64,000 nt of DNA, taken from the IMG/VR virus record IMGVR_UViG_3300043470_000815. One strand, 5' to 3'. The stretch comes from a virus. Positions 11,401-21,289 of this stretch are shown here, piece after piece (the stretch's first letter is position 1; the number at the start of each line of letters is the position of its first letter). The notes beneath the pieces were generated by a model. It saw only the letters and a list, made by a program, of their open reading frames with translations, was not told the DNA's origin and ran no database searches. The position numbers and the translations under genes were made by a program.

Positions 11401-12502
11401 CATCATGCGTAAAAATGGACGCGGTTGGTGCATAATAAAGCCATTTTTCAAACGGATCAAATGTCGTAACAATTTGGTCGATACGCTTTTGATTGATGGA
11501 TTTAGCACCCGATATATACGTTGTATTACTTGCAGTAGATTCGTTTAAAATCTTAATGCTTGAATTATATTCTTCAATTTTTCCAATCTTATAATAAAAA
11601 TTTTCAACTCGTTCTTTGGCAGACGAATAAAAAACAAAATTATTAAAATCGGTATAGTCAATATTTAATCGTACTAAATTTGAACTTGATAAACTTTGTT
11701 CAATTATTTGTTGGGTGGTTGGGAGGTTGCTGTCCAGCATGTCGTCCCAACTTTTGAAAATTGTACTTTCTCCAGTATATTTGGACGTATCGAGATAGTA
11801 ATTAGGGCCGGGAATAACCGTCGTATTTCCACCCACCACAGGCGAAGAAAACGTAATGGTATCAACATAAGGGTCAATACATTCAAATACAAAATATGCC
11901 TTATTAAGTACGTCAATTTCATCAAAGATTGGTTGGTACAATTTTACATAAATTGTCTTTCCATCTTCATCGAACCAATAATTGATTATTTTTTGTATTC
12001 GATTGAACCCAAAATTGACAACGACATTATTTAAAATGTCTGTTTTTGAAAATGTTTCAAGTTGCTTTCTAAATTCATTAAGTTGTGAAATGTATCTTTC
12101 AGCAACGACAAATTTGATTTCAGTTCGATCCGATGAAATTTCTTTTATAAAAACTGACTCTTCACCAAATGAACCAAATAAAGGTTTAAATAAATTACTT
12201 ACAATTACATACGAACCATTTTGTATATTTGCTTCTTTAAAAGTTTTACCAACATTTAATAAAAGACTATTTGTATTCGGTTCAAATGCTGTATAAGACG
12301 CATTATGATTACCCGTTATATAATCTCCGTAAAATGAAAATATATGTAATTCCGATATTTGATCCTTAACAATATTTGGGTCGTGTGGAATTAATATAAA
12401 ATCATTCAATACATTCAAATCGGAATCTAAGAAAAGTTGGCCATACCGCCCACCATTCAAAGTTAAGATTGTTTCGGAATTTATAAAACGTTGTATTGAC
12501 AA
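8477..12502 (-). CDS. large virion structural protein (tail/baseplate)
   Basis: 1341 aa, S/T/N-rich beta-type composition, in the baseplate cluster; GT..SVKSLMSIYG resembles tail-protein motifs. Confidence 0.6.
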   Translation of the reverse strand: MSIQRFINSETILTLNGGRYGQLFLDSDLNVLNDFILIPHDPNIVKDQISELHIFSFYGDYITGNHNASYTAFEPNTNSLLLNVGKTFKEANIQNGSYVIVSNLFKPLFGSFGEESVFIKEISSDRTEIKFVVAERYISQLNEFRKQLETFSKTDILNNVVVNFGFNRIQKIINYWFDEDGKTIYVKLYQPIFDEIDVLNKAYFVFECIDPYVDTITFSSPVVGGNTTVIPGPNYYLDTSKYTGESTIFKSWDDMLDSNLPTTQQIIEQSLSSSNLVRLNIDYTDFNNFVFYSSAKERVENFYYKIGKIEEYNSSIKILNESTASNTTYISGAKSINQKRIDQIVTTFDPFEKWLYYAPTASIFTHDVTGSITPFPKQIIANKTVSYNLTSSIVTQWYDSVKSVAQTYDQTNMNRLYWAIPEHIIMDEGNSNLILFADMIGQHYDTIYSYIKALPQIHERDEHPERGFSNDLAFYIAKSFGWDLQNTRQLSDLWKYKLGTEKDGTLIQSGSLVNYTHEGQTHQIWRRIINNLPHLYKTKGTMRSVKSLMSIYGIPQTLISIKEYGGPSADPTLIDDRYYFKSNFTGSNWIELPRRTVTSSLGTVQVPESIDFRFSTTYSSSLSMSIWAIEGVDRTVLNSNLSLHHFGNKYSGSYEYGYLKFNLKDNNSNSITVSSSLLPIYNNDFWNVSIVNKNVSENFTFYDNDTDLGVSGSRYYLSSVNDYGYSQGVVKSSDVPTNHYSTDASASLAGQPFTQSYFVSPSNPYGLAPYISKFISGSVTTYDSYFSASLGGVQIGQTFAVAPTNQWGLPRDVEILLLPTIDLEITVQSSKDCSHGKISHSDKFNWISSIGITDTWETGSILLGGTTGSNSNRFVGNITSYKEYFESLSDATLISHTRNPAAYNGNSPTSSYYTLYRYFPLGTDNQRWDHSVYVNVSSSHPNRQVSQYTTASFKNWTFGDEKTQYVSTNETFYIDTPTVGGNTLRSNKVRLDESKLIRDLNPKQRSDISKNDTFAFDTNRLAIVFSPTDQLNNDIYNHSGFTELDDYIADPQYEFEEGYTELNRFSNKYFQKYQQNYNVNKFIKLFSIFDFTFFDQLKQLVPGRADYIGGILIEDDVLHINKVRVTKRPEITNPQYETEYNLDVYSSSAENLTFETIASSSTELGFKYKYFTASIDEKIDFTYTYKYNTASLETNFEVAGELPNNINIEFDTLPTRFSGSQEITQSYIDHYPLNCCYKKVIYHYSSSGTFQTQYLRDWYTAVSKSYGWHYSRSLVCTDYQHLESCATENYKRFYGTRLEGAGINIDSPNTIDGGPVVSIFVSNQSSLYYTDDPLGGNLKVQ

Positions 12503-12505
12503 TTT

Positions 12506-13498
12506 TTAAATTAATTTTTTAATGTATTCAGTTATTTCATCTACACTATTTGCAGTTTTAGTAAATGTGGTTATTTTTCCAAACAACTCGGCGGTTTGGG
12601 CATTTTCTTCATAAGTTTTATATGGTAATCTATCAGATTTTCCATTAGTAAATAAAGTAAATGACCAATAAGGCATTTTCATAAATGTTCCACGAGTGAA
12701 TTGTAAACTTACACGGTCAGGTTTAAATTGTTCAAATCTTTTAAATGCGACATTTCCTTCAACACCCATACCATATTTTTTTGTCAATATTTGAAACATA
12801 TCTGCTTTACTAAATTTTTTCGTAGATGATTTTGTTTCAAATTTTAATAATGTCGCTTTAGGCAGTACTAATTCGGGATTTTGGAAAACATCGTGGTTTC
12901 GTGTTTGTGAATATTCACGAACTGCGATTTTAACCTTTTTACCTTTAAATAATACACTTGTAGATATTCCTAATGGATAACTTATATTAGTCATTCCATC
13001 ACCCAACCCACCTGAATTATATAAAACATTTGTAATATCCACACTCATCGAAATATTAAAAATAATATCACGAGTATCATCTGCAAATTCCATGACTACG
13101 ACTGCCGTATATTTTCCCCAACCAAGTTTAGAACTTAAAAGTTTATAGGTAAAATCAGTATTATAAATATTTTTTAAATGTTCTTTGTAGGCATTGGTAT
13201 CAAATTCTTTGGAAATTTTATCTAATATATTGTTACCAGTTGTTTCGTATTTATCTTCACGTGCTTTATAATCTATTTGAGCAGATACATTTTTACCTTG
13301 TTTTTGAAGTAATTCATACGCATCTTGAACATCGTTGAATTGTGCATCAGAACCGCCTTTGTCAGGATGTGCTTTCATTGATGCTGTTCTAAAAGCGGCT
13401 TTCAGTTTGGTTGCATCGGAAACATCGGAAATGTCAATATTAAATAATTTTAATGCTTGATCTACTGTGATTTCGGTTAATATTGTTCTAAGTTTCAT
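12506..13498 (-). CDS. DnaJ (J-domain) protein
   Basis: LKAAFRTASMKAHPDKGGSDAQFNDVQDAYELL, HPD motif. Confidence 0.85.
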   Translation of the reverse strand: MKLRTILTEITVDQALKLFNIDISDVSDATKLKAAFRTASMKAHPDKGGSDAQFNDVQDAYELLQKQGKNVSAQIDYKAREDKYETTGNNILDKISKEFDTNAYKEHLKNIYNTDFTYKLLSSKLGWGKYTAVVVMEFADDTRDIIFNISMSVDITNVLYNSGGLGDGMTNISYPLGISTSVLFKGKKVKIAVREYSQTRNHDVFQNPELVLPKATLLKFETKSSTKKFSKADMFQILTKKYGMGVEGNVAFKRFEQFKPDRVSLQFTRGTFMKMPYWSFTLFTNGKSDRLPYKTYEENAQTAELFGKITTFTKTANSVDEITEYIKKLI

Positions 13499-13579
13499 AA
13501 TATTTTAGATAATTTAAAAAGTACGTGTGGTAAATGAACTTCATTTCCTTCAAGAAATCAAATGTGAAATTTGATGCAA

Positions 13580-13610
13580 CAAAGATACGACCTTTATTAT
13601 TACTGTGCAA
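13580..13610 (-). promoter_or_regulatory. Bacteroidota-type promoter without the TTAAC dyad
   Basis: TTG-N20-TATCTTTG on the minus strand. Confidence 0.7.
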
Positions 13611-13617
13611 CTTTTTT

Positions 13618-14436
13618 TTAATCTTTTTTAGTATTATTTTGTATCGCTAATTCTGCTTGGGCTTTAGCGGCATTTGCTTCCGCTATTGCTGCCTCACTTG
13701 CTGCTTTAGCCGCTGCCGCAACCGCTTGGGCTGCATTGGCTTCTGCTTTAGATTGTTCGGCTTGGGCTTTAACAGCCGCTACTTGGGTGGCCGCATTTGT
13801 ACTGGCGGTTGATGCTATTGCCGCACCTGATTGAACATTTTGATTGATTTGTGTTAAAATTTGGTTGGTTGTTTGATCTGACATAGCAACTGTCCAAACC
13901 CCCGATTTATCAGGTATCATTCCATTTTTAGGAATATCCATACATTGTGCCTCGGTCAAAACACGCACCGATAATAATGTTTGATTTCGTTCTTCCAACA
14001 AAACTTCCAACGTTTTATAATTAGGTATTTCTTTTGCAATTCCATCCACCATTACATAATAAACATATTGTTCCTTTGGTAATGGTACGGAATTTTCAGT
14101 AACACATCTAAATATTTGACCATCGGGTAATGTAAACAAATCTTCAATTATCGGTTCGGGTTTGATAAAATATGAAAAATTTGTATCTAAAAATGTGTTT
14201 ATATCAGAATCGGTAACAATTGTTTTTCTACCAATAAAGTTTATATATAAATTGGGTTGGGTGGTTGGTACGATATAAACATTCGCACTATTTCTAAACG
14301 ACAAAGTATAGTTTTGTTCATCAATAACATTTTGTGGAATATAGTCATACGTCTGCCCTTCCACTGGTATTGAAATCAGTTTGGCGGTAGATGAAATATT
14401 ATCAACATATTGAATATTATTTATTGTTACTTGCAC
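13618..14436 (-). CDS. hypothetical protein with Ala-rich C-terminal coiled coil
   Basis: 272-aa ORF. Confidence 0.6.
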   Translation of the reverse strand: MQVTINNIQYVDNISSTAKLISIPVEGQTYDYIPQNVIDEQNYTLSFRNSANVYIVPTTQPNLYINFIGRKTIVTDSDINTFLDTNFSYFIKPEPIIEDLFTLPDGQIFRCVTENSVPLPKEQYVYYVMVDGIAKEIPNYKTLEVLLEERNQTLLSVRVLTEAQCMDIPKNGMIPDKSGVWTVAMSDQTTNQILTQINQNVQSGAAIASTASTNAATQVAAVKAQAEQSKAEANAAQAVAAAAKAASEAAIAEANAAKAQAELAIQNNTKKD

Positions 14437-15151
14437 GATTTTTATTTTTCAATTCTCTTGAAATCCACTGTAATGCAATTGGATTTTGGGGTGGTGAAGT
14501 TAAAAATTTATTAATAGTTTTATGTACATTTGCATCAATAGGCGTACTGTCATTGTTATCGACAATAGTCATTTTATTGCTAAACATTGACTGGAATTTA
14601 CCCAAATTATTTTGAACTTCCTGCCACGATTTTACTACCACTGGTTCGGGAACAACTCGGTCACGTTTTAAATTACGTTGTTTAGCAATTTCCAGTGATG
14701 TATTTACAAATATTAAATAACAATCATAACCAATATCTTCTAATATCTTTTTTTGTGCGTTGATTTTATCGGCATTTTTACCAGTACCATCAATCAAAAT
14801 TCCAAGACGGTTTTCGGTAAATTTATTTTGCATATAATCAGTGGTTTTCTTCGCACCCTCCCGACCCGGATTAATCACTTTGTCGTAGGTATCCCTGTCA
14901 GTTTGGAATATAGAATCTAATTCAGATGTTTTGATATTGTTGGTCTTTAAAAATTTTTCAAAAGCAATATCGGAATTTATTAATTTTATACCTTGACTTG
15001 AAAATTTATTTAAACTATTCAGACCGAATAATTTATTTACCACGTATCCTTTACCCGACCCGGGGCCTCCAGCGATAAAAATGGCTTTGAAAATTCCCGG
15101 ATCGTAAACGCCCTCGGTTAATACTTCTTGTAAAATGTGTTTTAGTTTCAT
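14417..15151 (-). CDS. Zeta-toxin-like P-loop kinase
   Basis: GGPGSGKG Walker A, INSD, IDGTG, CYLIFVNTSLEIAKQRN..R.R. Confidence 0.8.
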   Translation of the reverse strand: MKLKHILQEVLTEGVYDPGIFKAIFIAGGPGSGKGYVVNKLFGLNSLNKFSSQGIKLINSDIAFEKFLKTNNIKTSELDSIFQTDRDTYDKVINPGREGAKKTTDYMQNKFTENRLGILIDGTGKNADKINAQKKILEDIGYDCYLIFVNTSLEIAKQRNLKRDRVVPEPVVVKSWQEVQNNLGKFQSMFSNKMTIVDNNDSTPIDANVHKTINKFLTSPPQNPIALQWISRELKNKNRASNNK

Positions 15152-15259
15152 ATATAAAATATTCTATTTTATTTTGTTAATTAAATCTGCGATTTAATAG
15201 GTTAATAATTTTTAATTTATTTTAAGGTTGGGTTGGAATCTATTACAGTAATATAATAT

Positions 15260-16342
15260 TTAATATTTAGTAATCCTAAATTCGTGTTTATTGTCGAAAA
15301 ATAATACCGAACCGTCATTATAAATAGCCTTGACTACAATTTTATAATATCGTTCAGGCATCAGTGATGAACAATCCAACCTAACAAAGTTTCCATTTAG
15401 ATCGCAATTAACACGTGTTCCCAATTCATTAAACGGAATAATTACATCGGACGTAACAACATCTTGTATTTGATAAAAACTATTTACAGGTAAACGTTTT
15501 TCAATTAAATAATTTGATGATGTTGAATATGTTTGTGTTGGATAAAACTGGCGGGTTGCCATGCGTAACACCGCAACTTCATTTTGTCCGTAAATATCTT
15601 TTAAATTTTTAAAATATAAAACAGTATCATCGGACGACGTTTCGGTAAATGAACCCGTACCAACCAAACTAGAATCATTCCAAAAAATTTCAAGTCTTGG
15701 AATATAAATTGTATGCGAATATCTACTAAAAAATTGTAATTTTCCTAATGTTTCTAAACTTGTTTCGTCTGAATCTTTATATTTTAAAATAAATCCATCG
15801 TTCGGAATTGAACCCGACAACCAAGTATGTAAAATATTAGTAACATCCATTCTAACATCGGGTGGATCGTTGTCAAAGGATTGGCTGGCAACTACATTTG
15901 TGTACCAATTTCCACCACCCGTTAATGAACCAGTTGTATTTGCATTGTAACTCCCTGTTAACCAACGTGTTCCAACCAATTTAGATGTTTTATAGTTCCA
16001 AGAAACGCCCGATGTAAATGGTGGATTAGAATTGAAAAATCCAGTTCCCGTTGTAACAGACCCACTTAAAGGATATGCAAATAAACTATATTGGGTTGGA
16101 CTATTATTGACATCCGTTGCTCTTAACGACAAAAACGATTGAAAAGTATTTTGCCCAATTAAAGATTGAATAGTTGATATATCAAATTTAATTAAAATTC
16201 GCGAATTAAATGTACCATCTACAATGTCACTTGTACCTTCTTTTATTGGCCATAATTCCAATATCTCATCTACTGACGTATTTTGGTCAGGATATAATTC
16301 GTAAATTGTGTGGTTGGATGAAGGAAATAAGGCTTTATACAT
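15260..16342 (-). CDS. structural protein, DNRLRE-like domain
   Basis: SRILIKFD...NDGFILK...F.SR....PRLEI pattern. Confidence 0.5.
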   Translation of the reverse strand: MYKALFPSSNHTIYELYPDQNTSVDEILELWPIKEGTSDIVDGTFNSRILIKFDISTIQSLIGQNTFQSFLSLRATDVNNSPTQYSLFAYPLSGSVTTGTGFFNSNPPFTSGVSWNYKTSKLVGTRWLTGSYNANTTGSLTGGGNWYTNVVASQSFDNDPPDVRMDVTNILHTWLSGSIPNDGFILKYKDSDETSLETLGKLQFFSRYSHTIYIPRLEIFWNDSSLVGTGSFTETSSDDTVLYFKNLKDIYGQNEVAVLRMATRQFYPTQTYSTSSNYLIEKRLPVNSFYQIQDVVTSDVIIPFNELGTRVNCDLNGNFVRLDCSSLMPERYYKIVVKAIYNDGSVLFFDNKHEFRITKY

Positions 16343-16362
16343 ATATTTTTAAAAATAACTGG

Positions 16363-18222
16363 TTAATTCTGTGCAATTCTAACACGAATATCTTTTTTTA
16401 AATATTTAATTTCAAAAATGCTCGGTGACACTGATGGGAAAATCACACCATTAACAATCGCGTTTTCAATTGGATAAACGTTCGGCGAATAACCTTGACT
16501 TGTATCAACTAAATTTCCAAAGTTTATCGACATAACAGTTTCAACACCTTCCACCCGATCAAGTTCTGTACGAATTTTAGATATAATAATAGGCTCATTT
16601 ATTCCCATATTTTCGGGTTTAAACATTTCTACCAACCGATCCAAACATCTTAAAATAACTTCATTTGAGTTGGTATTTGGACGTGACATTATTTCAACGT
16701 CAATTGAAATATTTATTATATAAGGATTTTTGATGTTAATCGCATCAGTCAACATTCGATATTGCGATAGAAATTGTATAATATTATTTTTCATAATATC
16801 ATTACATTCTACAAAGTTTTTATTTTTATCATAAGCAAGCACATATAAATTTAATGCGTATGGATTTGGAACACGATCCCCCAACCAATTTCCAATTTGC
16901 GTATCTTGTTCAACAAATACTTTAGCAACCGCACCATATTTGGACGGCATAGAATAAACACGTAAAATATAATCATCACGTGTCACATTTCGATTTTGTG
17001 CGGCGAAGTTAGCCATTGCCTCCTGACGGATAACATCAACATCTTTTCTATTTTGTCCACCCCATGCAGGTAATGGATTATTTACAGCCAATGAATTTTT
17101 TATTGTTTCCAATACAACGGAATCGGTTGAATCGGCTGGATTTGTAATATCAGATTGAACAATTTTAGTAATTGTATTTGGTAATACATTGTCAGTCAAT
17201 CCATTAGCAATTGAATATCGAACGGTTAATGTTGTATTGGTTGGTGCTGTACCGTATGTTTTTGTAAATAAAAAATTGGATGGATCAATGGAAAGGTTTA
17301 CAGTTCGTTCAAAATAATTTAAACCTAAACCAACATTCATCGGGTTTGGAATAATTTCTTCGTCGGATTCGGAACTTAAACCAGCACCAAATTGAATTTC
17401 CGTATAGTTATCTTTTCTAAGTCGTGTAACATAACGAAATTCCGTTTGCTTATAACACAAAACAAAGGGTGTTTGTTGTGACGTGTCGGTATTACGAATT
17501 GATAATGGAATAGTATCTTGTGACAAATAATTTACTTCGTACCATTTATTATTATCATTGTCGTAAATATCAACAATTTCAGTTACATTTTCATTGCGTA
17601 TAACAATCTTGTCATAAGGTTTTGGTTCGGTGAAATCAAATGTTTCTGTAAATAATTCACCACTAACAGCCTTTACTTTTTTCTTTAATAAATAATATTC
17701 AATTACACCATCATTTGTTACAGAATAAACCGTTACCGTGGTTGGATCATACGATGAACTAAAACGAAAATCTATTGAATCTATTGTCCTAAATCGAACG
17801 CTGTTCATTTCGTCCGTTTCCACTACCATATTGGCGTTTAAATATAACGCATATCTAAAATCGGGCTTGGTGTTCACACCGTCACCAATCGACGGAATAA
17901 GTTGAAATACGTCTAATTCTACACTGGCTGGAGTAATTGTTTTTGGCTTGTAACCATGTGCCTGACCAATGTTATATAAATTTATTCTTTCATCAGCCGT
18001 ATATAATAAACTTTCCTGCAAACTAATATTTGAACCATAACTTAACCAATCACTTACCGCTGCCGACATTTCAATCATCATTGTGGCTGGATCGGTTTCA
18101 TTTCCATCTACCAGTTGGTTTGGAAAATAGTTTTTGGCATAGTTAAATAAGGCTTTACGTGCTTCCGCAAAATCTAAATTATTATATTGAATTGCTCGAT
18201 TAAATTTATCTATATTTGGCAT
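16363..18222 (-). CDS. baseplate wedge protein (T4 gp6 / baseplate J-like)
   Basis: LDF...RKAL..Y; QNRNVTRDDY; follows a gp25-like gene. Confidence 0.8.
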   Translation of the reverse strand: MPNIDKFNRAIQYNNLDFAEARKALFNYAKNYFPNQLVDGNETDPATMMIEMSAAVSDWLSYGSNISLQESLLYTADERINLYNIGQAHGYKPKTITPASVELDVFQLIPSIGDGVNTKPDFRYALYLNANMVVETDEMNSVRFRTIDSIDFRFSSSYDPTTVTVYSVTNDGVIEYYLLKKKVKAVSGELFTETFDFTEPKPYDKIVIRNENVTEIVDIYDNDNNKWYEVNYLSQDTIPLSIRNTDTSQQTPFVLCYKQTEFRYVTRLRKDNYTEIQFGAGLSSESDEEIIPNPMNVGLGLNYFERTVNLSIDPSNFLFTKTYGTAPTNTTLTVRYSIANGLTDNVLPNTITKIVQSDITNPADSTDSVVLETIKNSLAVNNPLPAWGGQNRKDVDVIRQEAMANFAAQNRNVTRDDYILRVYSMPSKYGAVAKVFVEQDTQIGNWLGDRVPNPYALNLYVLAYDKNKNFVECNDIMKNNIIQFLSQYRMLTDAINIKNPYIINISIDVEIMSRPNTNSNEVILRCLDRLVEMFKPENMGINEPIIISKIRTELDRVEGVETVMSINFGNLVDTSQGYSPNVYPIENAIVNGVIFPSVSPSIFEIKYLKKDIRVRIAQN

Positions 18223-18226
18223 TTAG

Positions 18227-18676
18227 TTACTCGACATTTGCGGTCACTTGACCTTGACGCTGAAAGATGGTTATTGTTTTATTTGCATTACTATTTCCAA
18301 CGCTAAATGTAATTACGATTTGTATTGCTTGTTCAGGATCGGAATTAAGACCGGGGAGGTTGGCACGTTGACGAACATCAATCTTATGATTAATTATATA
18401 TGGCAACCAATAATCACATTGTGATCTTATTGCAAATTCAATGTCGTTTCGTACTTTATCGGAATTAGGCTCAAATAAAAATTCTTGAATGCCTATTCCA
18501 AAATTATATAAATAATATCGTTCACCACGACGCGTTAATAATAAATTTATATAATTTGATATTGCTTGTTCTTCCGTCGTTTGTGATGTATTGAAAAACG
18601 ACCTGCCGGGATTTCCATTACTCGGTAGGCGGATTCCGATAGTTTGGTTGTTGTCGTTAGGGTATCGTTTTATCAT
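18227..18676 (-). CDS. baseplate wedge gp25-like protein
   Basis: NLLLTRRGER...NFG..I.E.LFEP...I...WLPYI. Confidence 0.85.
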   Translation of the reverse strand: MIKRYPNDNNQTIGIRLPSNGNPGRSFFNTSQTTEEQAISNYINLLLTRRGERYYLYNFGIGIQEFLFEPNSDKVRNDIEFAIRSQCDYWLPYIINHKIDVRQRANLPGLNSDPEQAIQIVITFSVGNSNANKTITIFQRQGQVTANVE

Positions 18677-18680
18677 TCAA

Positions 18681-19163
18681 TTATCCAATATCATTTAACC
18701 AAGATAAATCTTCTTCCTGTGAAAGTTGTACTTGGGGGCGTGGTGAATTATTCATTTTTTTAACCACTGATGAATAATCTTTGTTTAAAATATCCAATGT
18801 TTTTTGTACATTTTCGTTTGCAAGATTTACCGATGCTTCGGGATTTCCTGAAAACGTTGAAATCATTTGTTGATTTGACAACGGTTTATTTGTTTGTTTA
18901 TCGGGAACAAAATCAAACATAACATCATCTTCACGTGGTATTTGGGTAGATGACAACAATTCATTTAACATTGGATTAGATGAATATGTTTTTTGTACTG
19001 GTTTTTTATTAGAACGAACCTGCCTAAGAAATGCCCGTTCAGGTGTTTCATTAAGTGTTTGACCCGATGAATTTTTCAGTTCACTTATAATTTGTGGAAT
19101 TAAACGCTTCACTTCTTTAGCGACCATTAACTCCACCAACCTTTTTATTTTTTCACTTGTCAT
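18681..19163 (-). CDS. hypothetical protein
   Basis: 160-aa ORF within the operon. Confidence 0.6.
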   Translation of the reverse strand: MTSEKIKRLVELMVAKEVKRLIPQIISELKNSSGQTLNETPERAFLRQVRSNKKPVQKTYSSNPMLNELLSSTQIPREDDVMFDFVPDKQTNKPLSNQQMISTFSGNPEASVNLANENVQKTLDILNKDYSSVVKKMNNSPRPQVQLSQEEDLSWLNDIG

Positions 19164-19164
19164 T

Positions 19165-20220
19165 TTAAGGTAATTTAAATTTTTGGAAATCGGCTGTTTT
19201 TAGTTTTGTTACTTGTGCAACGTGGGTGGTTGGGCCAGTTGGGCCTGCGGCAGAAGATGCGGGGGACTGACCGGAACAAAATTCGGCGAAAAAATCAACA
19301 TGTGCCTTAATATAATCTATCAAATCATCCAAGTTCACTTTATATTTATCTGACTGTAATATTACTTCTTTTCCCGTGACAATAACTTGCTCTTTCCCAA
19401 CCAACAAAAGTTTTTCTTTTAAAGCATTGATTACAACACGACCACTGTTTATAACTATCTGTGATGTGTTAGAAAATGTTCCTATTTGTTTAACGGTTAA
19501 ATTTTTATCAAATCCACCCTTGAGTTTAGGTAATTTTTGGGTTGACGTTAAATAAATACTTGATTCGTCCGTTTCAATATCTTCTACTTCATATTTGTTT
19601 GTACTTTGGTTTCCTGTTGGGACTTGTACAGCACCATTGGTAGATTTATTTATCCGTAAAATCATTAATGGGTCGTTTTTAGTCGTCCCTTTCCATGATG
19701 CTTTCTTTTCATAAATAGAATCATTACCCATTATGGTAGATGTGAATCTGATACTTTGACCCGTTCTCCCTTCAAAAATATCATCACCTTCAAACGGCTG
19801 TAATGGAAAAACACGTTTCGGATCGGTGAATGTTTTTGTCCATTTTTCTTTATCATAATCCCTTTGACCACTGTTACCCGCACCCGTATTATTTGAACGC
19901 TTGAACAAATTTGGAAATACGTGGAACGTTAAGTCATCGGTTGAATTAATAGGACATAAATAATAATATCCAATATTTTTTGTATTACTGTTTGACCAAT
20001 CGTTGGACGGTGCTGAAACGACTAAAACGAGTTCACCGATTAACGGGACTCGTTTGTTATAATGTAAAGGTCTTGCAAATACCGACCTAATTTGTCCGAG
20101 GTTGGATTGAAAACTACCAAGTTTTACTTCAATAGAACCCAACGGTAACGGATTGCCGTCGTTGTCTTTTTGACCCGATTTAAAGGCTTTTGTGTTATCT
20201 ACTACTTCAACTGCAAACAT
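19165..20220 (-). CDS. putative baseplate hub/central spike (gp5-like) protein
   Basis: P.IGELVLV OB-fold-like N-terminus, EGR.GQSIRF, C-terminal AGPTGP spike-like end; upstream of gp25. Confidence 0.55.
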   Translation of the reverse strand: MFAVEVVDNTKAFKSGQKDNDGNPLPLGSIEVKLGSFQSNLGQIRSVFARPLHYNKRVPLIGELVLVVSAPSNDWSNSNTKNIGYYYLCPINSTDDLTFHVFPNLFKRSNNTGAGNSGQRDYDKEKWTKTFTDPKRVFPLQPFEGDDIFEGRTGQSIRFTSTIMGNDSIYEKKASWKGTTKNDPLMILRINKSTNGAVQVPTGNQSTNKYEVEDIETDESSIYLTSTQKLPKLKGGFDKNLTVKQIGTFSNTSQIVINSGRVVINALKEKLLLVGKEQVIVTGKEVILQSDKYKVNLDDLIDYIKAHVDFFAEFCSGQSPASSAAGPTGPTTHVAQVTKLKTADFQKFKLP

Positions 20221-20567
20221 TATTTACTTTCACTTGGTGCATGATTTTCTACTACTTGTTTGGCTTTAGACATTAGTTGTTTAAATTCATCATTCGACAA
20301 TTCAAACATACTGTCTTCATTATCAGATTTTTTAGCCGTTGATTTTACAACCAAAGCGGCCAATTTTACTAACGCATCATCATTGTTGATTGCTACCTGT
20401 TGTAACTTCGTTATTTCGGGTAATAAGTTCACAGCCGCACTTATATCCGTGACAAAATCGGTAGTTGTTTTCAATAACGCATCCAGTTTTTCTTTGCGAC
20501 TAACTGAATTTATATAAATTTCACCTAACAGGGCTTGTAGGTCAATTGGATTGCCAACTTTTTTCAT
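20220..20567 (-). CDS. hypothetical protein
   Basis: 115-aa helical ORF. Confidence 0.6.
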   Translation of the reverse strand: MKKVGNPIDLQALLGEIYINSVSRKEKLDALLKTTTDFVTDISAAVNLLPEITKLQQVAINNDDALVKLAALVVKSTAKKSDNEDSMFELSNDEFKQLMSKAKQVVENHAPSESK

Positions 20568-20569
20568 TT

Positions 20570-21289
20570 CTAGTCCTCACTTATTAAAAAATATTTCCAT
20601 TTTCGCGTATCTGAATTTTTAAATTCAATATACATTTCACTATGCAGAAATCTTAACTTATTTATAATTAGTGTGATATATTGGGTTTTAACATCTACTT
20701 GCTCACGAATCTGAATATACAATGCTTTTTTATTATAGTTATCAATCAGATGTGAATTTTTAAATAAATTGAAAATGGCTTCCGCAATTCGTTGATCCCG
20801 TTTTTTAGTAAATAAAATTTCAATATTTTCAATGCCCCACTCCGCCCATTTTCTGCAAAATTCATCTAACTCGGTTGTGTATTCATCACGCACCGATTCG
20901 GATAATAAATTTCTACGTTCATCAATTTCGGTTAATTTGACTTTTTGAAATTTCTTGGTTTCAATTTTCTTTTTATTTTGTATTAGAAAATTAATAGCAA
21001 TTCGATTGTAGTACGAAAATGCTTTACCTTTATCCTTTGTGTATTTAGATAATCGGTTGGTCAGGTAACATACACAATCCAACTTTGTATTAGTATAATT
21101 ATCATCACCATATTCATATAATTTACGATTATGAATAATATTTTCTACTAATTTATTCAAGGCAGGGTAGATTGTTTTCAAATATAGTTTATCCTTGTAC
21201 ACCGAATCTTCCAACCCATTGTATTCAATTATAGCGTTTTCCACTGGTTTTCCAAAATACATATCATTCTTCGTCATTGGTCTTTCCAC
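20570..21289 (-). CDS. putative phage sigma factor (late, gp55-like)
   Basis: L.KY..DKGKAFSYYNRIAINFL resembles sigma region 2; basic helical C-terminus. Confidence 0.5.
   Translation of the reverse strand: MERPMTKNDMYFGKPVENAIIEYNGLEDSVYKDKLYLKTIYPALNKLVENIIHNRKLYEYGDDNYTNTKLDCVCYLTNRLSKYTKDKGKAFSYYNRIAINFLIQNKKKIETKKFQKVKLTEIDERRNLLSESVRDEYTTELDEFCRKWAEWGIENIEILFTKKRDQRIAEAIFNLFKNSHLIDNYNKKALYIQIREQVDVKTQYITLIINKLRFLHSEMYIEFKNSDTRKWKYFLISED

Noticed and set aside
14417-15151. Zeta/epsilon toxin-antitoxin module
   Set aside because: There is no adjacent small antitoxin gene, and the kinase sits in the virion operon.
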